From NCBI RefSeq assembly GCF_006345805.1, contig NC_043002.1:72292001-72356000 (forward strand): 64,000 nucleotides of DNA, written 5' to 3'. Each line of letters opens with the position of its first letter. The first letter of the stretch is position 1. Made by a program: the position numbers and the translations under genes. Below are positions 1 to 13,477 of the stretch, one piece after another. The notes under the pieces are model-generated. The model worked only from the letters and a program-made list of their open reading frames with translations, was not told the origin of the DNA and made no database searches. This stretch comes from Octopus sinensis (Eukaryota).

Positions 1-345
1 GAGCATGTGCCTCGTATGTTTTTATATGTGTGCATGTATGTATTTATGTATGTATTTATGTATGTATTTATGTATACGCGTGTATATACGCATATATGTA
101 TCTTTTGTTTTGTTTTGTCATGGTAGAGCACCGACTGCAAGCGTTTAGCGGGATAAAACGTGCGCAGCACTTATTTTTGAAGCCTAGTACGTATTCTATT
201 GGGTGACTTACCGAACTGCTAGTTTACGGTAACGTAAACAAGCCAACACCGGTTGTCAAGCGGTGAGGAGGGACAAACACAAGCTGAAAGGCAGACACAC
301 GCAAAAACATACACATACATATATATATACATAATATATATATAA

Positions 346-388
<43 letters not shown>

Positions 389-997
389 TATATATAATAT
401 AAACACACACACAAACAACACACACATTTCTTAGTCTTTACTGTTTCAGTCATTTGACTACGGCCATGCTGGAGCACCGCAATACACTTCTTTCTGTTAT
501 CCGTCTACAAATAAAATTGACAAAGCTTTTGGTTGAGCAATAATAGCAGGTGACGCTAAGTGGGACTGATCTCAAGACCCTGTGGTTGTGAAAGTTGCAC
601 CTAAATATGTATGTAGGTATGTAGGTATGTGTGGATGGACGGATAGTTGTATGTATGTATGTATGAAGGTAGGTAGTTAGGTAGGTAGGTAGGTAGGTAG
701 GTATGCGAAAATAAATTTTCTTTTTGCCATGTCATCCTGGATTTACGAGAGAGAACCTAGATCAAGACGGACAAGCTGTTATCAGCACTTTTGTGACGTC
801 AACAACATGTGGAGGAAAAGAAAGATAATGTTCACCTCTTGATGAGGACAAAACCGTAAATTTAAACTGAAACTCCATATTCTATTTTTGCATTTATCAT
901 AAACAAAATTGAATAGCCACAATCGTACTGCTTTAAGAGAACGAACAAGCAGTGGAATCGCTCGAGTTGCATTCATCATATATATATATATATATAT

Positions 998-1338
998 GTG
1001 AAGGCGCATGGCTCAGTGGTTAGAGCGTCGAGCTTACGATCGTGAGGTTGTGAGCTCGAATCCCGGACCGGGCTGCGTGTTGTGTTCTTGAGCAAGGCAC
1101 TTTATTTCACGTTGCTCCAGTTCACTCAGCTGTAGAAATGAGTTGCGACGTCACTGGTGCCAAGCTGTATCGACCTTTGTCTTCCCTTGGATAACACTGG
1201 TGGCGTGGAGAGGGGAGGCTGGTATGCATGGGCGACTGCTGGTCTTCCATAAACAACCTTGCCCGGACTTGTGTCTAGGAGGGTAACTTCTAGGTGCAAT
1301 CCCATGGTATTCATGACCGAAGGGGGTCTTTACCCTTT
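998..1338 (+). mobile_element. tRNA-derived SINE (Arg-like head)
   Basis: A box TGGCTCAGTGG, B box GAGCTCGAATCC, central TTCTTGAGCAAGGCACTTTATTTCACGTTGCTCCAG domain also seen (reverse) at 17450-17697 and 49601-49770. Confidence 0.8.
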
Positions 1339-1481
1339 ATATATATATATATATATATTATATCTATACAATATGTTACATTACTCGGTAGTCAAGATAA
1401 AACTCTGAGTTCAGATGCGAAGTGGAAATCCACAACACCATCTCTTCGGTTATCTGGCTATATATATATATATATATATAT

Positions 1482-1521
<40 letters not shown>

Positions 1522-1529
1522 GCATTACA

Positions 1530-1572
<43 letters not shown>

Positions 1573-1800
1573 ATATATATATATTATATATATATAATGT
1601 GTGTGATATATATATATATATATAATGACCACTCGGAAGGCCTCCACGACGGTGGAGTTATGATTTCACGAGGGCGATTGAGATCACGTGGATGAGGAAA
1701 GCACGATCTAGAGAGGAGTGGACAGCGTACTGTGGCCAGCTGTGTCAAATGGACACCCGACGGACTGGTCGGTCAAGGTGATCAAGGTGATCAAGGTGAC

Positions 1801-1854
<54 letters not shown>

Positions 1855-2517
1855 TATGTATGTATGTATGTATGTGTATGTATATACGTACACACACACG
1901 CACACACTCGCATCTTTGAAGCTTATGAGGTTTATTTATTCCTTCAGTGTTAGTTTCATATTGTTATTAATATCTGTTTTGAGTTAGGAGTGACATTCAT
2001 CTTGTGAATGTTATTGAATTTTATTCAATATAGTCATGTGATTCTGAACCTGGAGGATTTAATACTATCGGCAGTTATTATATTACGAAAAAAAACGAAT
2101 AAGTTACATTCTGCACGAGTTTAATATTTTCTTTATATAAACAAGGGCACCTAAACGGGAAATTCAGCCGATAACAAGAACAAACCTACATTAAATATTA
2201 CGCAGATCCCTAAATCCTATACACAAGATGGCAACAAAGAGAGGTAGATATTACTGATGGGAGATTCACTTGGAGAAAATCGTCCTAACTTACAAGTAAA
2301 TAGGTCAATACAGTTAAAATTTCCAGTTTACATCAGAGCCAGGAGGCACAGGAAATATCTTAAACGCGGTGTTTCTCAATCAGACCATTAAACTTTTTCT
2401 TCCTTTGGGCCAACGAGGAAGCCTCTACTCAGTCAATCGCCTGCTAGTAAAAATTGTTTCTGATTTAGGCACAAGGTTAGCTAATAATAATGGGAAGAGG
2501 TTAGTCGGATCTATATA

Positions 2518-3402
2518 GTTTTCGTCACTGTTTACAATTATCTTTAAAAATTTTTTTTTTTTTTATGTTCATATAGATGTAATTTTTACGCTGAATCCGA
2601 ATTTGTCATTCATATATTCCAGAAAATTTTTGCAAAAATATTACTGGTGTTCAAAGTTTGATAATTTCCAGAATTTTCAGCCAATCAGAAAACAGCGCGT
2701 TCGCTGCCTCTTCCATCATCGGTGTGGGGTGGGGGGAACATCGGCATTTCAAAACATTGCTATTTCCCTTGAACACGTGCACACACACATACACACATAT
2801 ACTCACACAAAGTTGAAACGCTGTTTGATTTTTCTCTTCAGCGTTGAATGTTCACCATCCCACTTCCATTGCACACACACAAAACGCACGCACACACACA
2901 CACACACACAAACAAACATTCACATACCTCCCTTTTACATACACACACATATACTCACACAGAGTTGAAATGTTCATCACTACCAGTTTGCCATTACCCA
3001 ATCCTTCCTTATTCATCTATTATCCCTTTCTCATTCATCAATCACCCTTCCTTACTCATTCATATGTTGTGACGGAGAAAAACACAAGAGAAAAACACAT
3101 GAGAAAAACTCCTTTGTTATAGTATATGAAGATTATCTTTCTCGTATCTTTTTCTCCTCCTTGTGCGCATGCGCAGCATCTTTGGTTACTATGGAAACAG
3201 ATCTTTTCGCCGCGGTGTTGTGTAAAATACTCGCTTCAAATAGACTAAAATACCCAAATTTTGCAAATTTTAAAGATTAATAACTTTTTAATTATGGATT
3301 TATAGGTAAAAATAATTCCATTTTTATAATTAGTATACAAAACTTAATCCAAATACCAAATTTGAAAACAATTGGAGCAAAATTGTAAACAGTGACGAAA
3401 AC
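2518..3402. mobile_element. Non-autonomous TIR element (MITE), superfamily unassigned
   Basis: Perfect 22-bp inverted termini GTTTTCGTCACTGTTTACAATT (2518-2539) / AATTGTAAACAGTGACGAAAAC (3381-3402); no coding capacity; no clear TSD. Confidence 0.7.
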
Positions 3403-3542
3403 CAAAAAGGTCCGGTTAGTCGATACCAACAACCTCAGCTCGACACTGGTTATTTTAGCGACTTCGGGAAGATAAAAAGCAAGGTTGGCCTCGACGGGAT
3501 CAAATAAATAGCAGATAACAATTCGCTCTCAAATCACACTGT

Positions 3543-3900
3543 CACATGGTTCCGGGTTCAGTCCCACTGCGTGGCATCATGGGCAAGTGTCTTCTGCTAT
3601 AGCCCCGGGCTGACCAATGCCTTGTGAGTGGATTTGGTAGACGGAAACTGAAAGAAGCCTGTCGTATATATGTATATATATATATAAGTTTGTGTGTCTG
3701 TGTTTGTCCCCCTAGCATTGCTTGACAACCGATGCTGGTGTGTTTACGTCCCCGTCACTTAGCGGTTCGGCAAAAGAGGCCGATAGAATAAGTACTGGGC
3801 TTACAAAGAATAAGTCCCGGGGTCGATTTGCTCGACTAAAGGCGGTGCTCCAGCATGGCCGCAGTCAAATGACTGAAACAAGTAAAAGAGTAAAGAGTAA
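3543..3900 (+). mobile_element. tRNA-derived SINE with internal microsatellite (family S2)
   Basis: GGTTCCGGGTTCAGTCCCACTGCGTGGC head ... GCAGTCAAATGACTGAAACAAGTAAAAGAG tail; same family at 23555, 42268, 48165, 56420. Confidence 0.8.
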
Positions 3901-4559
3901 TTGACTACAGCTGAAACTCCTTTGTTCATAAGTATGTTGAGTTTTGGTTTCACTTGAACTAAACAACAGCAACAACTTTGTTTCATGCGGCGCCCAGGAA
4001 ATAGAGCTCATTTCTTTAAGTGTGCCAAATGAAATGAAGTCATTTATCCTTTCCAGTAGGTACTATGGCACTGAGCAAAGCTGTCTTCCTTCTGCATATC
4101 CTGTTGCTATAAACGTTTGACAAACTTTAAGCATTTTTTAATATTTTATATTTGTCTGTTAACTCCAATACAGTACATACATAGTTATGTATGCACAATG
4201 CACATCACTGCGCATCTTCTGACAACACATCCCCGAAACAGCGGTAAAGGACTACCGTGAATTTTCTTCTCTCTTCTTGATTTTCTTGTATAAAATCTTT
4301 AAATATCTACTTACGAATATAGACGAATATAGACACGTTTCCTGGTTAATTATATTTCTATATCTACATAACTTATTTATAATGTTTTGATGCCATAAAT
4401 ACCTGCCTGCTCATCATTTGCTTTATCATTATACATACATACATACATACATACATACATACATACATACATACACACACATACATACATACATACATAC
4501 ATACATACATACATACATACATACATACATACATACATACATACATAGTTCAAATTTAG

Positions 4560-4700
4560 AGAAAGTAAAAGACGAAGACACCTCAGGGAACAATAAGCAG
4601 GTGTATTAGTTTGACACTCGGGAAGAATGAAAAAGTCTTTGACATTTCGAACCTACTCTCGTCGACAGAAATGGTTGAGAGGGAGAAAAACAAAGAGAGA
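4560..4700 (-). mobile_element. Penelope-pLTR-like repeat with degenerate hammerhead (family B)
   Basis: Reverse complement matches the copies at 15790-15950 and 21295-21430 (CTGTCGA..GTAG..GAAA.GT.AAAGA...CTAATACAC). Confidence 0.55.
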
Positions 4701-5038
4701 GATAAAAACGAGAGAAAGAGAGAAAAAAATGGAGAGAGAAAATTGTGTATGGATTAACGGTTATGTATCCATACGTATGTGTGTGCATACATACATACAT
4801 ACATACATACATACATACATACATACATACATACATACATACACACAGGATGAGATTGAAATTTGAACTTGTACTGAACTTGTATTCCCCCATAGCAATA
4901 TTTCCAACGAAACGCTTGAATCATATGTTCGAAAAAGATATTTCAGATTGGCTTTAATATTTCGTATTTTTTGCAAACAGAATTCCAACCGGCAAAAGTA
5001 TATTGATTATTCAGGTTTTGCCAAACACTGCAGACGAT

Positions 5039-5128
<90 letters not shown>

Positions 5129-5132
5129 TCTC

Positions 5133-5166
<34 letters not shown>

Positions 5167-5504
5167 GACGGGTTGCTATAGACACCTATCATAAAATGGC
5201 TAAGAGAAAATACGGTTCCTGAGAAATATAAAACCTTCCAAATCTTATATCGGACACAAAATTTTGCAGTATTTCATTACATATCGTTTTCGGTTCAAAC
5301 TCAGTCGGGAGGGTGCGGAATTGCGTTCGCTTTTCGCATCCTTCAGGGGTCGATTAAATAAGTACCAGTCAAATACAGGGGACAGGTTAATTGATCCCTT
5401 CTAGGAAATGTTAACTTTTGTGCTTATGTATTTCTAGTTGATAATTCTTATGAAATCTGCTCTCAAGTTTCACACACACACACACGCGCATATATTATAT
5501 ATAT

Positions 5505-6272
5505 ATATATATGGATCACTACAATGTTCAGCGACATCTGTTCAGTGGTCAAAGTAAATGGGCCACCTATCGGAATCGTTTAGCATCGCTCGGTCGGTCC
5601 GTCAAAGATGCCCTCTCTCACCTCATCTGTACGTACTGTCTCTCGAGTCATTGCTGTGGAAACTGGATCTTTCGAGGGAAGGTTCGTGTCGGCTTTCGAG
5701 AACGACGTCATCGCAACAGTGTCAGACATCTCGGAAATCGAGGTGATCGGCACTGCTCTAAGGGAATACGAAGCGGTGACAAGAGCAAAGATCAGCCAAG
5801 AGAAGTCGGTGAGCCTGGAAAGGCCGGTCCATGCTGACAGCGTTGAAGGGCGCTGAACGGAAGGACCGGTTAAATTGTTTGGGGTCTTGTTTGGTCCAAA
5901 CCTCCAGATGGACAAGAACTGTGGGGATGTGACGAGCAGAGTAGCCAATTTCACCCAGAGATGGGCAGAGAGTGTCGGGTGGAGTGGCGAATGCGCACAT
6001 CGCTTCCGTCATTTACTACCGCCTGACCGTCGTCCCTTGCCCCACTTCGTGCCTGATAAAGTTGGAGCACTTGCTCTTCCACTTTTTACGGCAGGGACAT
6101 GTTCCACTCGTCAGAATGTCCATCTGCTGTTAACAAACGCTGAGTGGAGGACTGGGCATGCCGTGGCTAATGATGCGCGGACATGCACAGAGGCTGCGAC
6201 ATCTCTAGCGTTTCCTTAACGGCGAGAAGGTCTCATTGATGGAACAACAGTCCTGGATCAAGCGTAGACCAA
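5505..6272 (+). pseudogene. L1/Tx1-clade LINE reverse transcriptase fragment
   Basis: Frameshifted RT motifs: NGHLSESFSIARSVRQRCPLSPHLYVLSLESLL, FVSAFENDV (degenerate YADD), AKISQEKS, VKLFGVLFG. Confidence 0.8.
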
Positions 6273-6480
6273 GAATCGTTAGCATGCCGGGCGAAATGCT
6301 TAGCTGTACTTGGTCTGCCGCTACGCTCTGAGTTCAAATTCCACCGAAGTCGACTTTGCCCTTCATTCTTTCGGGGTCGATTAAATAAGTTACGCACTGA
6401 AGACGATGTAATCGACTTAAACCTTTTGTCTGTTCTTGTTTGTTACCTCTATGTTTAGTCCCTGTGGGCAATAAAAAAAT
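6273..6480 (+). mobile_element. Abundant SINE family S1 copy
   Basis: AGAATCGTTAGCATGCCGGGCGAAATGC head, GAGTTCAAATTCC B-box-like motif, CTTTCGGGGTCGATTAAATAAG core. Confidence 0.8.
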
Positions 6481-6526
6481 ATATTATTATTATTATTATT
6501 ACTATTATTATTATTATTACTATTAC

Positions 6527-6574
<48 letters not shown>

Positions 6575-6668
6575 CACTTATAATATTATTATTATCACTA
6601 TTATTATTAAGTACCATTAAAACACTGGGGTCGATTTAATTCACTAGTCCCCTAGTAGTAGTAGTAGC

Positions 6669-6699
<31 letters not shown>

Positions 6700-7150
6700 A
6701 GGCGGCAAGCTGGCAGAATCGTTAGCACGCCGGGCGAAATGCTTAGCAGTATTTCGTCTGGCGTTACGTTCTGAGTTCAAATTCCGCCGAGGTCGACTTT
6801 GCCTTTCATCCTTTCAGGGTCGATAAATTAAGTACCAGTTATGCACTGGGGTTGATGTAATCGACTTAATCCGTTTGTCTGTCCTTGTTTGTCCTCTCTG
6901 TGTTTAGCTCCTTGTGGGTTAGTAAAGAAATAGTTATTTCGTCTGCCGCTACGTTCTGAGTTCAAATTCCGCCGAGGTAGACTTTGCCTTTCATCCCTTC
7001 GGGGTCGATTAAATATGTACCAGTTACGCACTGGGGTCGATATAATCGACTTAACCCGTTTGTCTGTCCTTGTTTGTCCTCTCTGTGTTTAGCCCCTTGT
7101 GGGCAGTAAAGAAATAGTTATTTCGTCTGTTTTTACCTTCCTGAGTTCAA
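6700..7150 (+). mobile_element. S1 SINE multimer (one head, two full plus one partial ~185-bp body)
   Basis: TATTTCGTCTG restarts at 6750, 6935 and 7119 (periods 185 and 184). Confidence 0.85.
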
Positions 7151-7261
7151 ACAACTGACAAGCAAATCTTTGGTATTGAGCAGAATATTTGCTGTAGCCC
7201 ATTTTTATACCAAGACAAGCCCATCTTTTATACCAAGACATCATCATCATCATCATCATCA

Positions 7262-7312
<51 letters not shown>

Positions 7313-7693
7313 GGAGGCTCAATGGCCCAGTGGTTAGGGCAGCGGACTCGCGGTCATAGGATCGCGGTTTCGATTCCCAGACCGGGCTTTGTGAGTGTTT
7401 ATTGAGCGAAAACACCTAAAGCTCCATGAGGCTCCGGCAGGGGATGGTGGTGATCCCTGCTGTACCCTTTCACCACAACTTTCTCTCACTCTTACTTCCT
7501 GTTTCTGTTGTACCTGTATTTCAAAGGGCCGGCCTTGTCACTCTCTGTGTCACGCTGAATATCCCCGAGAACTACGTTAAGGGTACACGTGTCTGTGGAG
7601 TGCTCAGCCACTTACACGTTAATTTCACGAGCAGGCTGTTCCGTTGATTCGGATCAACCGGAACCCTCGTCGTCGTAACCGACGGAGTGCTTC
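7313..7693 (+). mobile_element. tRNA-derived SINE (Arg-like head, family S3)
   Basis: A box TGGCCCAGTGG, B box GGTTTCGATTCC; same head at 52381; ends in CCATCCATCC. Confidence 0.8.
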
Positions 7694-7715
7694 CATCCAT
7701 CCATTATTATTATTA

Positions 7716-8272
7716 TTGAGTGAGAGAGCAGTTCATGCCATCAAAGTGACACTGGGGTAAAATATACGAAGCCCAATATACCCATCATGACTACCCGTCT
7801 GATAAAGGTACACCAGGCACATGCATCACAACCATATGTGCGCGACATGGTGATCTCATATCAAGATAAACAGCACATGACCTTGCAGGTGGGGCCCAGT
7901 TTGAATTTTCTTCAGGTTGAGTAGCCCATCCCGCTCAAACGGTCCCCGAATAAGGGTTGTTTAAGGATGTTGAAAGAACCACCCATGTTTCCAGAGGTGA
8001 ACTATTCAAACCCCAAAGCATCCCTCTCAACACATGGCTACGATGCTCCCCCACTACTTCTGCTCGTGATCAGAGATGCACATATCGTCAGCCACTAAGG
8101 GACATGCTCAACTGGTTAAGGTCAAACAACTGACAAGCAAATCTGTGGTATTGAGCAGAATATTTGCTGTAGCCCATCTTTTATACCAAGACAAAACAAT
8201 GTACATGATAACACTTCCAATCAGTTAAGATCAGAAGCCACGAGAGCCACTGCCTGTACTGCATCAGGGCAT
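7716..8272 (-). mobile_element. Unclassified ~560-bp interspersed element embedded in (TAA)n
   Basis: Flanked by ATT repeats on both sides; a partial second copy at 7148-7240 matches 8123-8192. Confidence 0.55.
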
Positions 8273-8480
8273 TATTATTATTATTATTATTATTATATTA
8301 TTATTATTATTATATTATTATTATCACTATTATTATTATTATTATTATTATTATCACCATTATTATTATTATTATTATTATTATTATCACCATTATTATT
8401 ATTATTATATTATTATTATTATTATTATATATTATTATTATTATTATCACTATTATTATTATTATTATTATTATTATCAC

Positions 8481-8518
<38 letters not shown>

Positions 8519-8568
8519 TATTATTATTATTATCACTATTATTATTATTATTATTATATTATTATCAC

Positions 8569-8609
<41 letters not shown>

Positions 8610-8730
8610 TATTATTATTATTATTATTATTATCACTATTATTATTATTATTATTATTATTATCACCATTATTATTATTATTATTATTATTATTATCACC
8701 ATTATTATTATTATTATTATTATTATTGTT
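8270..8730. repeat. (ATT)n microsatellite with ATC/ACC interruptions
   Basis: Directly visible. Confidence 0.95.
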
Positions 8731-8943
8731 GTTTGTACGCCGCGTGAAATGCTTAGCGGTACTCCGTCTGTCTTCACGTTTTGAGTTGGAATTCCGCCAA
8801 GGTTGAGTTTGCTTTTCATCTTTCGAAGTCAATGAAATACGTAACAATTACGCACTGGGGTCGCTGATGTAATCGACTCATTCCCTCTCCCTAAAATTTC
8901 AGGCCTTGTGCCTATAATAGAAAAAATTATTATCATTATTATT

Positions 8944-8982
<39 letters not shown>

Positions 8983-9100
8983 GCTATCAATAAAGAAAGA
9001 TCTAATCCAGGGTGGTGGATTAGTCTAAATAGTAACAATGTCGGACCTGATACCTTGCGGTGTTTGTTCCGATTGTTTACTTTCTGCATTCAAATCTCAC

Positions 9101-9228
9101 CTTGGTCAGATTTAATATCACCGACACCACCAGACAGAATCCACTTGTCTCCGGTTTGAGGATACCGCGCTCCCTACCTACCTACCTACCCACCCGTACA
9201 ACAAATCTCAGAGGTCCCTGTAACTTGA
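9101..9228 (-). other. Candidate non-coding exon
   Basis: Minus-strand acceptor TTTTTTTTCTTTTAG and donor AAG|GTGAGA; stops in all three frames. Confidence 0.3.
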
Positions 9229-10324
9229 CTAAAAGAAAAAAAATTCGGCTGCTATTTCTAGCGCAGCAAGGCGAGTAACCCGGTGGCGATTGTCGTCTTC
9301 ACGATGATAACGACGGGGACGACGAGGACGACGAGGATGACGAGTACGAAGATGCTGTGGTAACAAATACAGAGGAAGGGGAGGCGGTGACACAAGATAA
9401 ATCGGAGAGGGGCGGGGAGAGAAGACTTGTCAGAAAGAGGAAATCCAGCAACAACAACCTGACAGCTCGCGTATCACCACCTCCGCCACCACCAGCGTCA
9501 CCTGTCAGAATATCCCGCTCGTCTTTCACTTTCTCTTTTTTTCTCTCTCTCTCTCTCTCTCTATACTTCTTACTCTCCTTCATGCTGCTGTCACTTCTAC
9601 CTCCTATCCACCAACTAGTGTTAACTCGCTACATATATATATATGTGTATGTGTGTGTGTGTGTATGTGTGTGTACATATATAAATATGCTCTGGCATAC
9701 GCACACACATACAGTGGGGCAGTGACTCATATACACACACGCGCACACATATAAAACGCAAACACATTCATTGGGCACTGAGTCACTCATAGACAGACAG
9801 ATACACAAAATGCATTCACGCATTCACACGTTCGCGTATTCACACTCAAAACACGTTCAGTTAACTACCCATATACACATATTGAAACGCACACACAGAC
9901 ACACGCTCGCACGTATGCATACTCTCACACATATTTACACTCCTCGCGTGTCCAGTTCTGTTTTCATTCATTCATTCATTCATACAAAATTTTTTTTTTT
10001 TTTTAGAAAACTGCAGTCACAATTGCACAACACGCATGCGCGCGGGCGTTTCTCACCAACAGGCAATAATAACTCGTGAATACAACAATCATAACTCACT
10101 CACTCACGAACACATGCAAAGCAAGCATGCAGGCGCGACACACACGTGAACACGAATGCATGCACGCATGTACAACTATCACGCACACATACAGGCATAT
10201 GTACATACGAACCTACGAGCGCATAAGCACTGAATACATATATACATACGTACGTACGCTTAAAATAACATGCATTACTGTAAGACGCCATAATTATTAT
10301 TGCGCGCGCGCGCACAGATATATA

Positions 10325-10660
10325 TATTTTTCTCTACTACCCACAAGGGGCTAAACATAGAGGGGACAAACAAGGACAGACAAACGGATTAAGTCGATTG
10401 CATCGACCCCAGTGCGAAACTGGTACTTTATTTATCGACGCCGAAAGGATGAAAGGCAAAGTCGACATCGGCGGAATTTGAACTCAGAACGTAACGGCAG
10501 ACGAAATACCTATTTCTTTATTACCCACAAGGGGCTAAACACAGAGGGGACAAACAAGGACAGACATAGGTATTAAGTCGATTACATCGACCCCAGTGCG
10601 TAACTGGTACTTAATTTATCGACCCCGAAAGGATGAAAGGCAAAGTCGACCTCGGCGTCG
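10325..10660 (-). mobile_element. S1 SINE dimer
   Basis: Two tandem bodies (CCCACAAGGGGCTAAAC...GGCAAAGTCGAC). Confidence 0.8.
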
Positions 10661-10789
10661 ACTTTGCCTTTGATTCACATGGCGGAGATCCAACATTTCT
10701 TCACTTTTTCCAGAATTTCTTCTCTTTATTTATTTTTTTTTTTTGCGAAATACGGAGTTTATGATTCATGTGTGAGTGTGTGTTCTTGA

Positions 10790-11270
10790 TACTCGTTTAG
10801 AACAAGTAGTTTTACACCAATTACACTATTTTTTCTTAGTTTAAAGGCCGTGGACTGAAGATGTGAAATTTCCGAAGCCTCTCCCCTACCCCCTTTCGCG
10901 AGCGCGCATTTTTTTCATGATAGTCGTTTAGAGCAAGTGTTTTTACACCTATTACGCTGTTTTTGTTTTTGTTTTGTGGCCGGTTCAGACGCTTTCGGAA
11001 ATTCCCGATATAAATATTCCGAGGCTCTCCCCCACCCCTCTTTCGCGAGAACGCATTTTTTTTTTGTCATATTCGTTTAGAGCAAGTTGTTTTACACATA
11101 TTACACTATTTTTTTTTGTTTTGGTGCCCGGGTCAGCTCCTCAGACGCTTTCGGAACTTCCCGATGTGAATTTTCCGTGGCCTCTCCCCCACCCCCCTTT
11201 CGCGTGCGCGAATTTTTTTTTTCATATTCGTTCATAGGAAGTTGTTTTACACCTATTACACACATTTTTT
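10790..11270. repeat. Degenerate 131-155-bp minisatellite, about 4 units, probably inside a non-autonomous DNA element (10671-11497)
   Basis: TCGTTTAGAGCAAG...TTTTACAC...CTCTCCCC motif restarts at 10793, 10924, 11073, 11228. Confidence 0.7.
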
Positions 11271-12289
11271 TTTTGATTTTCTGATATTTGTTACGCCCTA
11301 TATTAACCAGGAATACCTGTTGAAAATGATTTCACCTCGCGAGTAAATGTTATTTACTTGCTAAACTAAAATCAGAAACCAATTGGTCCAGGAAACTAGA
11401 TGGTAAAATGCTTTTATTTTTTCATTTCGTTCCCGTCGAATTTTATCCCTAATTTTGTGGTTATAGAACCTAGCTGTTCTTTCTAGCGTGTTGAATCCCA
11501 CGAGTGGATTCCTTATGTGTTTAAATGCACACGACTAATACATAGTCTTTGGACTAAATTGTTACACATTAGACCACTTGAAATGAAAATTTCTATAAAT
11601 TTCCATTTCCATTTGACATGATTAAGTATATATATATACATATATATGTGTGTGTGTGTGTGCGTGTGTGTGTGTGTGTGTGCGTGTGTGTGTGTGTGTG
11701 TGTATTTGGATTACGGTCGAAGTGGGGCACCGCCTTGAAGGCTTTAGTCAAACAATTTGAGCACAGTACTTCCCATCTGAATTGTGAGACTTATTCTATT
11801 GGTCTATGCTTACCAATCCGCTACTTACAGGGATGTAAACAAACTAACACTGGTTGTCAGCGGTAAAAGGACAAACGCAAACAAATATACATTTGTATGT
11901 GCGTGTGTGTATATATGCATGTATATTCGATGGACTTCCACACAGTTTCCGTCTAATAAATTCCCTTATAAAGCGTTAATTATTTTAGAACTGTAGAAGG
12001 AGACACTTGACCAAGTACCGCGGAATGTGATTAAATCGGAACTCGTGAGATATGAAGCGAAAATCTTAACTACACGGATGTGTGTTTGTATGCGCATGCG
12101 CGATGGATGTGTATATGTGCGTGCGTAAATGTAAAGTCCACCTCAAAAACACACTGCCCTGCATCAGCTGTCGTCTAAAGATCATGACGATTTCAGTACT
12201 TTCGGACAGTATTTTTTCTGCTAGAAATATATACAAAAGAAATATATACCCACAGAAATATACGTATATAAGCGCAATTCATGTGGGAG

Positions 12290-12319
12290 TGAGTGTAAGA
12301 GTGTGTGTGTGGTGTGTGT

Positions 12320-12359
<40 letters not shown>

Positions 12360-12474
12360 CGTGCATGTTGCTTGTCTGTGTGTGTTCGTGTGTGAGTGAG
12401 CGAGTGAGTGAGTGAATGAGTGAGTGAATGAGTGAGTGAGTGAGTGAGTGAGTGAGTGAGTGTGTGTGTGAGAA

Positions 12475-12521
<47 letters not shown>

Positions 12522-12642
12522 ATGTGTGTGTGTGTCGTTCCCTCCAGCAGTCTTGAAAAGTATTGATGCTGAAGGGGAAAATCAGGTTTCTTGACTCATA
12601 CTGTATCACACGTGTTTTCCCTCCAGTTATGCATCACACATT

Positions 12643-12719
<77 letters not shown>

Positions 12720-13058
12720 AAACACACCTCCTACACACACAATCAAAATGGATGTAGCAGTAACCGGCTTCATCATGCTGAAATGATTTTGCGTAACGAC
12801 TTGTTGAGGTGTTGTTCTCTTCTCTAGCTTTTGGTTCTCGTCTCACATACCTATGCACACGAGATGATTGATTGATTGATTCTAGTTTCAGCTTATGAGC
12901 TGTGGCCGTTCGCAAAAACATGCACAAATGGATAGACAAGCCTATCCTTTTTTTAAGTGTATAAACGTCTACACACATAAGCACACATATAAAGAAATAT
13001 GCCCATACACAGAGGCATGTACACAGCGGCACACACACATAGAGGTACGTACACAGAC

Positions 13059-13089
<31 letters not shown>

Positions 13090-13180
13090 AGTATATTTAT
13101 GCGCACACAAAATGGAAATTCATAAATTCTGCTTGTGTCTGTCTTTCCATTTTGACGAATTTTATGTACGTGCGAGAATC

Positions 13181-13252
<72 letters not shown>

Positions 13253-13300
13253 TTTGTACTTGCAGACACACGGTGATCATACTCCACTCACACACACATA

Positions 13301-13332
<32 letters not shown>

Positions 13333-13477
13333 GAGGCACGCACTCAAATATATGCGCGCGCACATACACAGACGCACAGACAAACACAAATACAAACGCA
13401 CACACACACACACACACGTACATCGATAAGATGAACGCTGGTGCGCCTCTGTGTGTGTGTGTGTGTGCGTGTGTATG

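Noticed and set aside
998-1070. tRNA gene calls for SINE heads (also 7313, 39560, 52381)
   Set aside because: A/B boxes are present but there is no complete cloverleaf or terminator, and they continue into SINE bodies.
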